Positions 23,126 through 37,150 of a DNA stretch of 54,384 bases are shown one piece after another. The notes beneath the pieces are model-generated. The model did not search any database, was not told the DNA's origin, and saw only the letters and a program-made list of their open reading frames with translations. Location: the NCBI RefSeq assembly GCF_001194135.2, contig NC_068984.1, forward strand, positions 46,883,172 through 46,937,555, written 5' to 3'. The stretch's first letter is position 1; the number at the start of each line of letters is the position of its first letter. The stretch is from Octopus bimaculoides. Lineage: Eukaryota. Made by a program: the position numbers and the translations under genes.

Positions 23126-24446
23126 NNNNNNNNNNNNNNNNNNNNNNNNNNNNNNNNNNNNNNNNNNNNNNNNNNNNNNNNNNNNNNNNNNNNNNNNNNN
23201 NNNNNNNNNNNNNNNNNNNNNNNNNNNNNNNNNNNNNNNNNNNNNNNNNNNNNNNNNNNNNNNNNNNNNNNNNNNNNNNNNNNNNNNNNNNNNNNNNNNN
23301 NNNNNNNNNNNNNNNNNNNNNNNNNNNNNNNNNNNNNNNNNNNNNNNNNNNNNNNNNNNNNNNNNNNNNNNNNNNNNNNNNNNNNNNNNNNNNNNNCCTT
23401 CTTCTTCAGTATCATAAAACCAGTGTAAATGCTATTAGTACACATTTTAATTACTTTCAGAGACTTTACAAAAATTATTCGCATCGTAATGTCCAAAATA
23501 TCAATTAAATGTTTATTGCGGGAATTTAGCATCCTTCCCACAGCTGCAGTTTGATGTAGAATATAATAATCCATCTGACAACCAATAGACGTAAATCCTT
23601 TACGAATCAAAACAATTCCGAATGCATGTGTTTATTACTGCCTTCAATAACTTCAGACAAGAGATATAAAGTACCTCTTAAACAAAACCTTGTATACCAA
23701 GTAATCTTTTCTTCCTTGGAAGGAGATGAATGTGACATAAGGTACTAATCTTCAATATTAATATTAATTCAAACTAAAACGATGACTTATAGAGTACATA
23801 ATTCCTACTTGGATTGAGTGATCTTCAGCAGCTAAGTCTGGAGGTGCTGTGATTTCCTGGTAATTGACTGCCAACTTTGTTTTTCTTGTTTTGGTTGTGC
23901 AATATAATAAAGTTTTCAGAAATTACGTTCTCAATTCACAGGAGGATCACTACGGATGCTAGAATAACCAGCAATATTAATGTGTATATATATATATATN
24001 NNNNNNNNNNNNNNNNNNNNNNNNNNNNNNNNNNNNNNNNNNNNNNNNNNNNNNNNNNNNNNNNNNNNNNNNNNNNNNNNNNNNNNNNNNNNNNNNNNNN
24101 NNNNNNNNNNNNNNNNNNNNNNNNNNNNNNNNNNNNNNNNNNNNNNNNNNNNNNNNNNNNNNNNNNNNNNNNNNNNNNNNNNNNNNNNNNNNNNNNNNNN
24201 NNNNNNNNNNNNNNNNNNNNNNNNNNNNNNNNNNNNNNNNNNNNNNNNNNNNNNNNNNNNNNNNNNNNNNNNNNNNNNNNNNNNNNNNNNNNNNNNNNNN
24301 NNNNNNNNNNNNNNNNNNNNNNNNNNNNNNNNNNNNNNNNNNNNNNNNNNNNNNNNNNNNNNNNNNNNNNNNNNNNNNNNNNNNNNNNNNNNNNNNNNNN
24401 NNNNNNNNNNNNNNNNNNNNNNNNNNNNNNNNNNNNNNNNNNNNNN

Positions 24447-24486
<40 letters not shown>

Positions 24487-24904
24487 GAGTTGGTCAAGAG
24501 TCACCTGACGTTCGTTTACAGTCATTGAGCCCTCCACATAAGAAATTTCTCTTGCTGCTGCCCTACCATTCAGTCCGATTTTTCCACATGTATCTTACGA
24601 TGGCTCTAATTGCAATTTTTCCAGTATTCGTCATCAAAGCTGTAAAATAAAGAATAAGCAATTAACGTTTATATGTTATATATATAACTAAAGAGTAACA
24701 AATTCAGTAACGATTGCACAAGAAGATTTATCAAATTAATGATATAGCATCGAGATACAAAATCATCAGTGAAACACCCAAAAACTTCTGCCTCAATCTG
24801 GTACATACATACATACATACAAACATACACATACAGATACGCAAACATACACACACGAAAGCATGTATCTATAAATATGTGTATATATTATATATATTAT
24901 ATAT

Positions 24905-25330
24905 ATATATAGGGAAAATTCGCAAAAAAATTCCCAAAAGATGAAGACAGGTGGCGGAGGCAATAAAGAGATGTATTAGCTTAACGCTCGGGAAGTGAAA
25001 AAGTCCTTAACATTTCGGGCCTACGCTTTTCCACAGAAAGGAACACAGAAAGAAACAGGAAGAGAAAATAAAGAATGTGTAGTGGCTAGCGATCTATCAT
25101 GGCGAATGCCGGACAGAGAGGTCACACAGGAGAGTTAGGAAGAAGGGGAGATAATAAAGTAGTGGTGATCCTAAAATGAAGGTGCGCGTGCATGTTTATA
25201 AGAGAGCATGTATGTGCGTGTGGAGGAGGGTTGATGACTTTCTCGTGGGCGCGTGTGCATGTTTAGGTGTGTGAATGATGGTGTGGGTGCTGAGAAGTGG
25301 TCTCTGCTAGTGTGTGCGTGGTCTTCCAGA
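24905..25330 (-). mobile_element. Possible Penelope-like terminal remnant
   Basis: Minus strand reads GAAAAGCGTAGGCCCGAAATGTTA, a degenerate stem-loop plus GAAA(C)GT motif like PLE ends, next to a purine/pyrimidine-biased tail. Inference. Confidence 0.35.
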
Positions 25331-27749
25331 ATTCGTTCTTTGGTTATATGATACTAATGTTATGATCTTAATTGTTATTGATAGTCGCAGTATCATTATT
25401 TCTATTTCCTTCTATTAATGTTGTTTCAATCGTTGTTGTTATTGTTTTCAATTTCACCTGTTAATCTCTTTCGTCTGTTTAATGGTGTCACTAGTGGTAA
25501 ACTAAAGCCTAGAAAACCGAGGAGTCTCACTGATAAAGAAGAATAGTATATATTAAAATTAAGAAGACAAACAATGAATATACTGCAACTTAATCAGTAG
25601 TTACAGTTGTTTCTGCCAACCTGTTTCTAGCCATTTGCCTGTAAATGATTCCATGTGTGCTTGATTATATTGGATTGGTAGTTTTGCGGTAACAATAATA
25701 AAGTTTAGTGATGGATTGGATCTGATGTCTTCGAATTAGCTTTCTCCTATTTGGTTTCGGGAAGCCTAACTTCTCAAGATTGGTGTTTAGGCAGTGTATG
25801 TATGTATGCATATATGTATGTATGTTTTTGTCTGTGTGCGTTGCACGGCGCGCGTGTATGTATGGACGCATCTTCTACAAGGTGGACTGAACTTTTAAAA
25901 AGCAGTAGCACACTGAAAACAGAAATGGGTCGATGGAAATCTCGCTAACACTTTTAACGACAACAGTAAAAAACAAGTTATATTTAGATCAGATATTGTT
26001 TAAAATAAGTTTTATATATATATATATATAAGCAATATGGCTTTTGATTAAAGAAACTCTCCATAATAATCCATAAGGCGGAGATGTATAAGAAATCTTA
26101 CGGATGAATAAGTAACAAACATAACAGAACACAATCTTCATTTCCATAAAACACCGAATTATAGAGAATATGACAGGAATATTCAGCAATCAAAATCTTA
26201 AAATGGGCACAATAATAACTAGATAACACAAAATCAATTGAAATAATTACGGCTGATTATACAAGATTCATATAGAGATAGTTATAAGGTAGACAAAAAA
26301 ATCCAAAAAAAAAATATATATATATATCTAACATAAAAGCGAAATTAGGAAAAGTTGCGTATTCACGTTGTCACTAATCATCGATGTCATTCATCAAAGC
26401 ATATGAGAAAAAAAAAAAGCAAAATCGCATCGTATTTTCAATTATTGATATAATCATAAATATGCTATTGACGGAGTTGTCTAATTTCTTACAAAAAAAT
26501 GTAATATAAAAGAATTTCGATAGGAAAGTAAGTGAAAAAAAAAATCGTAGAAAATTCGAAATAAACTTTAATTTATCATGGAATATTGAATCTAAACTAT
26601 AGGCGGCCATTAGCACAGATATATTTAAGTAATATTATTACTTGTAAATAGAATAGAAAGAAACACAATATAGAAATACTGTCATAGGCTTATGGTATCC
26701 ATGGATTTCATAAGAGACAGTTTCTTTTTTTTAATTTTAAGAATGAGTTAAAGTGATGTAAATTTCAAAAAAAAAAAATAAATAAAAAACAGAGGTAGTT
26801 TGACATAACAGTGACTGTTCTCTAAAGAGTGGAATGATCAACATCACAGTAAGAGTTTCAGAAAAGAAAGTATCTCACTCCGAAAGTAAAATCACACTTG
26901 TAGAAACATCACTTCTGTGGAGACACCTATATTAATGGATATTGAACATGGACATATGATTAAATCCAATCTGTATATCAGACCGTAATTGAGTCTTCTG
27001 GTCTTTCAAGCAAAAGTGGAAGAACAATATTGTTGAAATACTCATCTACAGCAAAATAATGATAAGTAGCCAGGAAAGAGTGCCCAAAGCATATATTGTT
27101 ATGTTAGACAATCATATAGAATTGATTAAGACACACATTTTCATATCATTCACAATCACATGGAATATACATAAACTGTGAATCAGATATTTATTTAAAA
27201 CAAATATGGGGGCATAACAGATGCAACTTGATATAGAGATGGGTATAAAAATCTGTTATTGCTGCCAAGTTCAAAATAGAATACGAGAAATTTTCTAACT
27301 AATCTAAATCTAATATTAATACTTTGCCTGCAGCTTAACGGAAAACAAAACACTGAGTGAAGCTGTATAGATGTAACTGTTTGAAATGTTAAGCATATTC
27401 GTTAGTTTTAAGTGATAGTAATAAAAACTGTTACAAGTATTTTAGGACGCGTTAAAATAGCCAGCACTTTCCATTTTCAGTAGGTTGGTCTGGGGAAAGA
27501 TGTCGAGCTCATGACCTTAAATAAAATTCTCAGGTATTATGGGACTATTGAAATCAATGTGGTTTACGATTCTTTTGAAAATTTACAAGTCTAAGTCTGC
27601 AGGAAAGATTCAGAGATGATGATCTGGGAGAAGGAAAACAGGTTATAAGATTAAAGCATGGCTTAAGCGTGGAGAATACACGTGAGTAGAGTAGGTAAAA
27701 GAGGGAGGTGCTGTGTGGAAGTAGAAAGTACACTGGACCATGCAGCTCC

Positions 27750-28550
27750 GATGGGTGAAGGTTATAGTAGTAAGGTTAGAAAAGTCACAGAAAGGCATAA
27801 GGTCGTTTGTGGATTATATATTGAAGTGCAGCCGTGTTCCGTTATACGAAGCTGTCAAGAAACCTTTCTCTTGATGCCCTCTAGGAATTCTCTCCGTGTA
27901 ACTGTAGCAGAAATCCAGGTGCGGGAACAACACTCGATTGTGAATATTATCCAAACTTTATTGAAGACTGTAAAACTTTAGATTGTTGATTGCATTAAAG
28001 AAAAATCTCAGATTTTTTTTCTGATACTGTTTAGCTACATCCAGGGTAGATATTAGAGAGGATAGATCCACGGTGTACTTGTAGGATTATAGTATTTTCT
28101 GCAAACTGCGAGTTTATTGCTGTGAATTATCTGTTTGCCACTGATGTAGGTGAAAATGCTTGTCTAAAATAATAATTTCAAATCACCCAGCTGACTGTCA
28201 TGATGAGTCAAGCGTGAAGAGCATATGCTGCAATTGCTACGTAACACTCGATTGATGAAAAGATGAGGGGATTTTGTAGGGCTTGTGTTTGTTAGGGACA
28301 TAGACACCAAGAATATTAAGAACGACTCTGTATCGATTGGGTCTGAGAAAAGGAAATAAAAGTAAATGATTCAGAGGTGCGGAAGATTTAGCATATGTAC
28401 TTGTAGGTTCCGTACGGACAAGCGTGACGATCAAAAATTGTTGGCGCTGAAGTCAACGAGTGCATTATTTCAGAGAGAGGTGAAGTGATATAATTAACCT
28501 CGGTGCAGAAAGAGTTATCATCGAATATATGTTTATGATTGAAAGAGAAC
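27750..28550 (-). mobile_element. Possible degraded LINE apurinic-endonuclease (APE) region
   Basis: Minus-strand pieces in plausible order: RYRVVLNILGVYVPN (VYAPN-like), LGDL (GDFN-like), HLDFCYS (RIDY-like). Weak. Confidence 0.25.
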
Positions 28551-29090
28551 ATAAAAAGGACATTCAGATATATTTGAACCTGTAGAGAAGTGAGATTTCC
28601 TCGCGCTCGAATATGTAGGTATATTTGTTGCTGAATACCTGGGTAAAGTAGGTGAGTTGTTGGTGGAGAGAAATTTCAATTGAGAGTACAGTCCAGTCAA
28701 CAAAGACGGACAATAGATAAAGGCTGGAATATATGTACCTAGAAGATGAATAACATATGAGGTTTGTGTATAAGTAACTTGTGATTTATAGGGGTCTTTC
28801 TTGAGTCAAAGTTCATTTATATCACAAAAAAAAAAAAAAAAAAAAATTAAATTTTCAGTAGTATACTTTTCGAATTTTGAGTTGTGTAAATTGTGTTGAT
28901 TCCTTATGAGGCTATCATTACCTTCAAACAAGATTTTGGTCATATTACTTACAACAGAGCGATCTACGCTAAAAACCGTGAGGTATGCTTACATGATATC
29001 CATGGAAGGTTTAATATTGTTATACCGAAAATTTCTCCATAAACATTATAAAAGTTTACAGTGCCCCAGTCAATGACAAATAATTAAAAT

Positions 29091-29297
29091 AATCCTTTCT
29101 ACTATAGGCACAAGGCCTAAAATTTTGTGGGAGGGAGACAGTCGATTACATCGACACCAGTGCGCAACTGTTATTTATTTCATCGATCCTGAAAGGATAA
29201 AAGGAAAACTCGAACTCGGCGAAATTTGAATGTAAAGACAGGTGAAATACTGGCAAGCATTTTATTCGATGTGCTAACGATTCTGCCAGCTCACTGC
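29091..29297 (-). mobile_element. SINE family B copy (reverse)
   Basis: Reverse complement gives GAGCTGGCAGAATCGTTAGCAC..AAATGCTT..TTCAAATTTCGCCGAG..TTTTATCCTTTCAGGATCGATGAAATAAAT. Confidence 0.8.
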
Positions 29298-31949
29298 AGA
29301 TATTAAACGGGTGTGCTTTTTGCTTTCTATTTCTAAAATATAGGGTAGCATTAGCAAAACTGAAGCAAAACGTTTTGATTGTATATTTGTGAATGGATAT
29401 GGTTAACAATTTATCTATCTCTAAAGGCATCATATTTCTAATTAAGTAGAAAAAGCTATGCAAAGAAATCGAAGAGGACGATTGCTTACTATTGCATTAA
29501 GTGTACATCTCAGTGTAGAGAAATCAAGATAGAAATTTTGCTGAAAATGTCGAGATTTGAACCCATCATTAGAGGATAACTACTAAATACAATAAAGTAC
29601 TTAATTCGGGTCTCTAGTGATTTTGCAATCTACCGCCCTCAATAACAAAAACCTATATAGAAGAGCATTTATTGATAATAATAATAATAATAATGATAAT
29701 AAAGATTGACTTCAATACCAACAGAAACTCCATCAAAGAGAAAATATGACTGAATTAAAGAAATCAATGAAGAGGAAAATGAAGAATTTCCCCATGGATA
29801 AACTTGTAACAAGGAGGTACTGGGAAAAGGCAACAATTGAGAAATCATCTTATCCTGACTGTAATAATTTGATTATCCGTTTGACAATGGTGGTCAAAAT
29901 AACTGAAGCAAGAAAGGGTAAAAAAATATTTCTTGTCTGAAGTATGATACTTTTGTTTGATGTCATCACAAGCAATAAAATTACGATATAAAATAAAACT
30001 GGTTAGTTTGACTTTGATTTTTATGTGAAGTATGTGTTTGGCAGCATTTTGTTTCTCAAGTATGCCTTTTTAAAGTCAGTCCTTATTCTTTCTTCTTTTA
30101 CTTTTTTCTCTACAATTATCGGTCTAAATATCGTTATATATAGAATTATATTATAAACCAGCATAAAAAAGTTAATTGGAAGCTTGAAGAGAAATTCCAG
30201 CTTGATTTATGGTTTAGAAATTTACTGTTTGTTAAGTTCAGAATTAACTACAAAACAACTCATTATATAATGGTTTATAAAGTAAGCAGACATCATAGAT
30301 ACGTAGAACAGCTACAGTTTATTGAATCTATTCCTGTATAATATCAGTACGCTTTTATCAATTCTTGACAGGGAAAAGGGGTTAAATAAACCTTCGAAGG
30401 ATTTAAACCCGTAAACTAAAATGAAACAATGGGGGCTACCGAAGAATAACATTTATAGTGCTATCACAAGTTTCTAATCAAACACTTTGAATAATATTTT
30501 AATAGGTTCCAGTCGTTGTGTAACAGACATGGTAAAGATATAGTTGCCCCTGTAAAACAGCTGCAACCTTGATCAGCTATCACAGTAGAATATGTGATGG
30601 TACAGGAAAAGAATGTGGACGAAATTACCGCCAAATATTTCAGGTATTCACTTAATAGTCATGAGCTCATAAGTGTCTCCAAGTACAGCTTCTTGAATGG
30701 GACTAAATCTTCCATTGAAATTCAATGTATGTAAAATGTAAGGAAGACTGGCGTATTTATCGTACCTGTAGAATTAAAGGGGAATACGTTCCTATTTAGA
30801 CAGTGCTTGCCTCGCTGAAATTGCCTGAAGTTTACATTGAGGGTACAAATATTTTTTTTGATATTATTCGAGATGATGCATATATTTTTTCAGGAGTTAC
30901 TTGTGAGTAGAGATTTGATAATATACATTTGCAGGTAATGAACCAATGATTTCTGAAATGAAATTTTGGATTGTTCTTGCTTACGAATCTATTAGAATTA
31001 CTATTCGCGATATTTCAATAGACACATTTTGAAAGTTGGGAGGTAAATGTTTGAAAGTTCAGCTATTTACCTCCAAGCAAGTTAGTAACGACGCTGCACT
31101 GAAACGTATTCACACATTGCTAATGTTATTGTTAAACATAAGTCCACTCGATCAGGGTTTGCCTGAAGTGGCCATGTGGTAAAAGATGTACAGTCCTGGA
31201 TCATTCCGATTTAATATATCCTAAACTAATTTATGTCTGCATTGCATGTCTCATATATACACCAGACAAAAGAACAATAAATAAAGAAGCAAAGTGGATT
31301 ACGATTTCTTAGAGAATTTGGCTGCTGTATTTAACTGGCCAAACAACGATGGTAATGCCTCCTCTGACTTAAAGATTCTACATCAGGGTTGAAACTTCAC
31401 ATCGCAGCTACATGAACTTTTAATTTAATGAGAATATAATATTTACTAATTGCTACAGTGTTAGGGAGCTGTTAAATTGAGTCTTGAACGTCCACAGTTT
31501 GTGGTTTCAAAATTCAGGTTAAATAATAAAGCGGATTCATAAGGTATATGAATACACGTGTTGATCTCGAAACATTTGGGGGAAAAATGACTCACAGTAT
31601 GTTATATATTTTCGGAAAGGCATAACAGCGAATATAGTTGTATACCTAAATTTTCCTTCTTACATAGGCATTATCATTATGTGTGTACGAGATTTCATAT
31701 AGGAGCACATACACAATTATATATAAAATAATTCTGTTAAGATTTATCTTATACTTTCTAAAAACGTATTATATATTTTAAACAATGACACAAAAATTAT
31801 ACAAAAATAAATCACTATTTTCAATCGCACAAAAGTGCATACTCAGAATACGCTAACGAAATCAATGCTTAAGAAAAAGTTAGATACCTATCGTAATGTA
31901 ATGATAGAATTAAATACTTAAATGTAGTTATCCCAGAGAAAACTGTGTT

Positions 31950-32140
31950 CATCGTGTGTTGTGTGTATGTGTGTGTTTGTGTGTGTGCGTGTGTGTATGC
32001 ATCGTGTGTTTGTGTGTGTGTGCACATTGTGTGTGTGTGCGCGCGCGCGTGCATCGTGTGTGTGTGCAGCGTGTGTGCGCATGTGTGATCATGAGAGAGA
32101 GAGAGAGAGAGAGAGATAGAGAGAGGGAGAAAGAGAAAGA
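31950..32140. repeat. (GT)/(GC) mixed and (GA)n microsatellites
   Basis: Direct read. Confidence 0.9.
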
Positions 32141-32689
32141 GAGCTTGCGGTTGTCTTCACGCCTGTGAGTGCGCGTCTGTATATGCGTGAGCTTACGTTC
32201 TTTTCTGAATGCATATCTCTTGTCTCAATTCTGAACGTCATCTGACTCTCGACAAATTAGAAGCCAGACTACTGGCTGACTGAAACATTCTTTAATTACA
32301 GACTCTAGGAAATCAGCAAGAAACTATCGTGAAACCAGCAGTTGCATAATCTTTTCAAACAGTCACGTTGTTTGGTTAAAACTGAAACGCAAATGTATTT
32401 GAAATATTTTCTGTATGATTTTATAGCTTACAATTACACAGAATAATTTTGGCTTACAAGTGATTTTGAAATAAAAATTAATTACCTATAAAATACAACT
32501 AAAATATACAAAACGTGACAGAATCGAATGTAACAGATAATTATAAACGTATTCTTCACTGCCAATTATTACAAATATTGGCATTAATTTACTTACTCAC
32601 CCACAACTGAGGATAGTTCTGTGAGTGTCTTGTGATAATTAACAGTCATAATAAGTTGTGTGTCTATTGAGACCCGACCCGACATTTAA

Positions 32690-33060
32690 GCGACCTTCGC
32701 ATCATTTGTTTTTGACATTTTCTATGGTCAGCATCCACTTAACTGGTTCCGTAATCCAGTATCTGTCAATTTTGCGTGCTCGTGATATTTTTTGATGTGT
32801 TAGAAACATTGTGTGCAATTCTGGTGTTTATATATACGGTCTGTTAATTTAGTTTTATATATATTTATGGCAATATAGATGGTGTTTCTTCTTTTCATGT
32901 TAGGGATACAGATTTTTATAGTGAAGTTGATGCGGTTTGCATTCGTTCAGTGGTGGAGGTATAAATCTTCCTCATGGTTTTTTACTCCTTTCAAACCTCC
33001 CAGTTTTTTCTAAGCGAAAATTTGTTTTGTCATGTTTTCTTTCTCCCACTTCATACAGTG
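32690..33060 (-). mobile_element. Degraded R4/Dong-type RT remnant
   Basis: Minus strand AAATTAACAGACCGTATATATAAACAC = KLTDRIYKH, resembling TKLTDRIC of the 14.4-kb element; the rest is heavily decayed. Confidence 0.3.
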
Positions 33061-34127
33061 ACAATTTTCTATTTTACCTTTTTGTTGTCCGCATTACTCG
33101 ACATATTTGAGTGATCCCAGCAGGTGAAAGCTATGTCATTGAATTGTTCTTTTGTTGAGGTATTCAGTTGCTGATGTTCGTACTATTGTTCCTGTTACTG
33201 TTGTTGTTGTTGTTGTTTGGGCTATTATAGTTTCCGTGGCCATGTTTTCCTACAGCTGTAGGCATTTCTTTCAAATAAGCTGATGTGACAGCCACGCCTG
33301 TTGTCGTTGGATGCTGTTGCTGCTACTGCGTTTATTGTTGATATTGCGGCTCTTGTGATAAGACAATTGCAACAGTGTTAATGAAAGATTTACAAAGAAA
33401 TTACATTGTGTATGCTACATAAAGATGATTCACCAAAAGAATAGTGGGTGGATAGAAAATAGGTACCTCTTTTTCTATATCCACTACTTTCATTAGATAG
33501 GCTCCACTCCTATTCTCTAACCTTTTAGTATTTAAAACGTCTGCTTCCAGCCAAAATATTTTACCTGTTTTATGTTCAAATCAACCAGATTTGGCCTCTC
33601 ACACCTGCCCTACACTATCATTCTAAAAATAAACAACGGCATCTTTGAAACCTTACAACTATGAAATAATGCATGATTAATTAAAATCAATGTGAACAAA
33701 TAAGCATTATCTTTGACAGAGTAATCTGATTGCGAAAGGGTTAAAGCAATTTTACCAGTATAAGTTCCCAGTGTAATTTCTGTTTCAGAGTATATGCTCA
33801 AAACTTTTTCTGATGTTTACTATGTTTATAAAATAATAAATTACNNNNNNNNNNNNNNNNNNNNNNNNNNNNNNNNNNNNNNNNNNNNNNNNNNNNNNNN
33901 NNNNNNNNNNNNNNNNNNNNNNNNNNNNNNNNNNNNNNNNNNNNNNNNNNNNNNNNNNNNNNNNNNNNNNNNNNNNNNNNNNNNNNNNNNNNNNNNNNNN
34001 NNNNNNNNNNNNNNNNNNNNNNNNNNNNNNNNNNNNNNNNNNNNNNNNNNNNNNNNNNNNNNNNNNNNNNNNNNNNNNNNNNNNNNNNNNNNNNNNNNNN
34101 NNNNNNNNNNNNNNNNNNNNNNNNNNN

Positions 34128-34166
<39 letters not shown>

Positions 34167-34605
34167 ATATGTATATATGGATACATACATACATGTGTAC
34201 GTACATACATGATATTTTACATGTATTGAATTTCTTTTATAACAAGGCATTTTAGAAATTGTGGAGAATTAATCTTACGCACCTGTCCTATCAGATATAA
34301 TCTACACCATTTTAACAACAATTCTTACTTTTTTCTTAATATTGTACTAACAATTACGAAGTCATTCATTAAACTATACATTCTTGTATATAAACTTTTC
34401 CTATAAATATTTTTATAACTTTGACTTATTTTCAAAATAACGGTGAGTCTCATAATTTTCTCTTCCCTGTCAAATATCAGGTCGTCGTTGCAGGACATTA
34501 AATCACAATCCTGTTCTTGTTTTTAGAAGTATTATATTTTTCCTTCATATTGGTATCAGTATGATGTTTGCCATGGAATGCAAAGTTAGATGGACAGACT
34601 GTCAT

Positions 34606-34639
34606 ATATTTTACCCCAGTGTGAATTGATGGCATGCAC
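34606..34639 (+). mobile_element. 3' tail fragment of repeat family C
   Basis: ATATTTTACCCCAGTGTGAATTGATGGCATGCAC matches the reverse complement of 38309-38343 and runs into the (TAC)(AAT) array. Confidence 0.6.
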
Positions 34640-34890
<251 letters not shown>

Positions 34891-34939
34891 GTCTGTCTTT
34901 GTTGAGTTCAAAATAAGAAGTGATTAAAATTGAAAATAT

Positions 34940-35694
34940 AGAAATTTAAATTTAAAGAAGAATAGCTAGAAAAACCGACGCATGGCCGATACCCCTGTAG
35001 AGTGAACAAACCAGACGTAGAAAAACGAGACACTCGTGTATGGATGAAGAGCTCAGGACTGAAGGCGGAAACCGAAGGTTTTATCATAGCAGCACAAGAT
35101 CAAAGCTTGGCAACCAGGGCTTACTACAACAAAGTAATGAACGATGGCACTGACCCGAAATGTAGAATGTGTCATGAGCTGAATGAAACAGTGGACCACA
35201 TCTTAACTGGATGCACAGCGCTTGCAAAATCCGAGTATATTCATAGACACGATAGAGTAACGCAATATATCCATTGGAAGATATGTAAACACTACCAGGT
35301 CCCAGCTTCTGAAAGATGGTACCAGCATAAACCTGAAACTGACCGAAAAAGATGATGTAACAGTACTCTGGGACATGCCAATCAACACGATAAAGAAATC
35401 AAGGCAAACAGCTGGACATAATCATCAAAGATGGGAAGAATAAGATATCCTTAATGATAGATGGGACAGTACCATCAGAGAGAAATATGTTCATTAAAGA
35501 AGTTAAGTTATTTTAGTACAAAGACCTAGAAACAGAAGTGACCAATATGTGAGGAATGAAAAGCAGCAGGGTACCAGTAGTGTTTGGAGCGTTAGAGCTA
35601 TTTAAAAAGGGCCTTGATAAGCAGCTCAACAAACTCCCTTGCAGTGTTGCTAGGTTCCGCACACATTTTACGCCGTGTACTGTCCATGAGATGA
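34940..35694 (+). mobile_element. R4/Dong-type retrotransposon C-terminal part (CCHC plus RLE endonuclease), 5'-truncated, frameshifted
   Basis: EKPTHGRYP, SSGLKAETEGFIIAAQDQSL, CRMCHELNETVDHILTGC..EYIHRHDRV, VLWDMPI..IKAN.DIII, YKDL, VPVVFGAL, and native end LLGSAHILRRVLSMR* (TGA at 35692-35694). Confidence 0.9.
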
Positions 35695-35724
35695 GGACCT
35701 GCTGTGATCCTAGCGCTGCTGTGA

Positions 35725-36290
35725 CCAGAAAATGGTGTCGAAAGAATAGCCAAGGAACGAAAGATCAGCTATTAATTGACGTACTAATGATCAGCTATTA
35801 ATTGACGTACTAATGATCAGAAGCTGCAAGAGAAAGCACAAATATTTGAACATTGCATGGATTGATCACCGTAAAGTATATATGATACCACAGTCTTGGG
35901 TAACAAGAGATATGGAAAAGTATGGATTGCCAGAAAACACGAGGCAGCTTATATGGTACGGTATAAAACGTTGGGGAACAGAATTTACAGCAGAAAATCA
36001 GATGTTAGGAAAAATGAAAACTAGGAAAGGGATATTCCAGCGGGGCGGCGTATACCCACTGCCCTTAGTGCTGCGAATGACTCACTTCACTAAAATACTG
36101 CAGAAGATAAATTTGGGGTATGATCTGGGAAATGCGAAAGGAAAGTTTCAATAATTTCCCAAAATTTAAGGCAGAATTGATGAGTTTACTCTACACTAAG
36201 CAGATTCTTTAAAATGATATTAAGATGGAGATATGACTTTCAAAATGTGCTGTGGCAGTGATGAGAGTGGAATATAAAGGAAATGGGAAG
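35725..36290 (+). mobile_element. Second R4-type RT core fragment
   Basis: CRKNSQGTKDQLLID, LNIAWIDHRKVY, IPQSW, RKGIFQRGGVYPL (RGIFQGDSLSPL position), LGYDL, KCAVAVM; degenerate. Confidence 0.75.
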
Positions 36291-36482
36291 AGTGCCCAGT
36301 AGAGCTGTTGCAAAATCCGTGCCTCCTAGGCAGGGCCAAATTCATCAGGTAAGTGTCAGATATTTGAGAAGAGCAGGTGGTTGGGTACAATAGGTTGCAG
36401 GTAGCAAGCCGGCTGCGCATGCAAGATTCATGTTTCAACAAAACATGAGTGAAATGAAAAACAAAACAATAATGATCTCAAA

Positions 36483-36683
36483 GTTTGGCACAGGGCCAAC
36501 AGGTTTAAAAAATGGGCTAAGTCAAACATATCGACCTCAGTGCATAACTGTTGCTTATCTTATGGATCCCGAATTGATATGTGGCAATATTCACCTCGCT
36601 GAAATTTGAACTAAGAACGTAAATACGGACGGAATACCGCTAAGCTTTTAACCCGGCGTGCAAACAATTCTGCCAGTTCGCTG
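36483..36683 (-). mobile_element. SINE family B copy (reverse)
   Basis: Reverse complement gives CAGCGAACTGGCAGAATTGTTTGCACGCCGGG..AAGCTTAGCGGTATTCCGTC..GTTCAAATTTCAGCGAGGT. Confidence 0.75.
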
Positions 36684-37117
36684 TTTGGCAGTGATGGTAA
36701 TCCTATTTCTTTTAATTTTACTGATGTATATAACGTCTTTTTATCCGCCCCCTTTCCTTCTCCACTCAACATCACTTATACTATCAATCTCATCATTGCT
36801 ACTACTATGATTATTTCCAATATCAGGAACCTCTACAGACGTGGATGTCGAAATTTCATAAGAGAAATCATACTTTGCATTGGTTTTAATACAGTGTGTG
36901 AGAAAAATCCCATTTGGTGTGCATCTGAAATATTAAAAGAATGTTGATGGTATAGTACGAATTGGCATCAGCAGATATCGATCCTCTGCGCCGGTTCCAC
37001 ATTACTTTCTTCCCCGCACCCATACTTACATTCATCAATGCCTGCTGCCATATTTTAATGGGGGTAATAAAATCGTTAAATTGTCTATGACTATGAGGTG
37101 GCTTTCGCCTCTCTTCA

Positions 37118-37150
37118 TTACGTAGCTATGACGTATAAGTGACGTAGCTG
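37118..37150. promoter_or_regulatory. Three ACGT (CRE/bZIP-like) cores at an 11-bp period
   Basis: ACGT at 37120, 37131 and 37142 (TTACGTAG, TGACGTAT, TGACGTAG). Function inferred. Confidence 0.3.

Noticed and set aside
26930-27300. Possible additional R4-type C-terminal fossil
   Set aside because: Similarity only impressionistic; could not write out convincing motifs.
31036-31076. Hairpin GGAGGTAAAT/ATTTACCTCC as a pre-miRNA
   Set aside because: Only about 41 nt, too short for a canonical precursor, and no recognised seed family.
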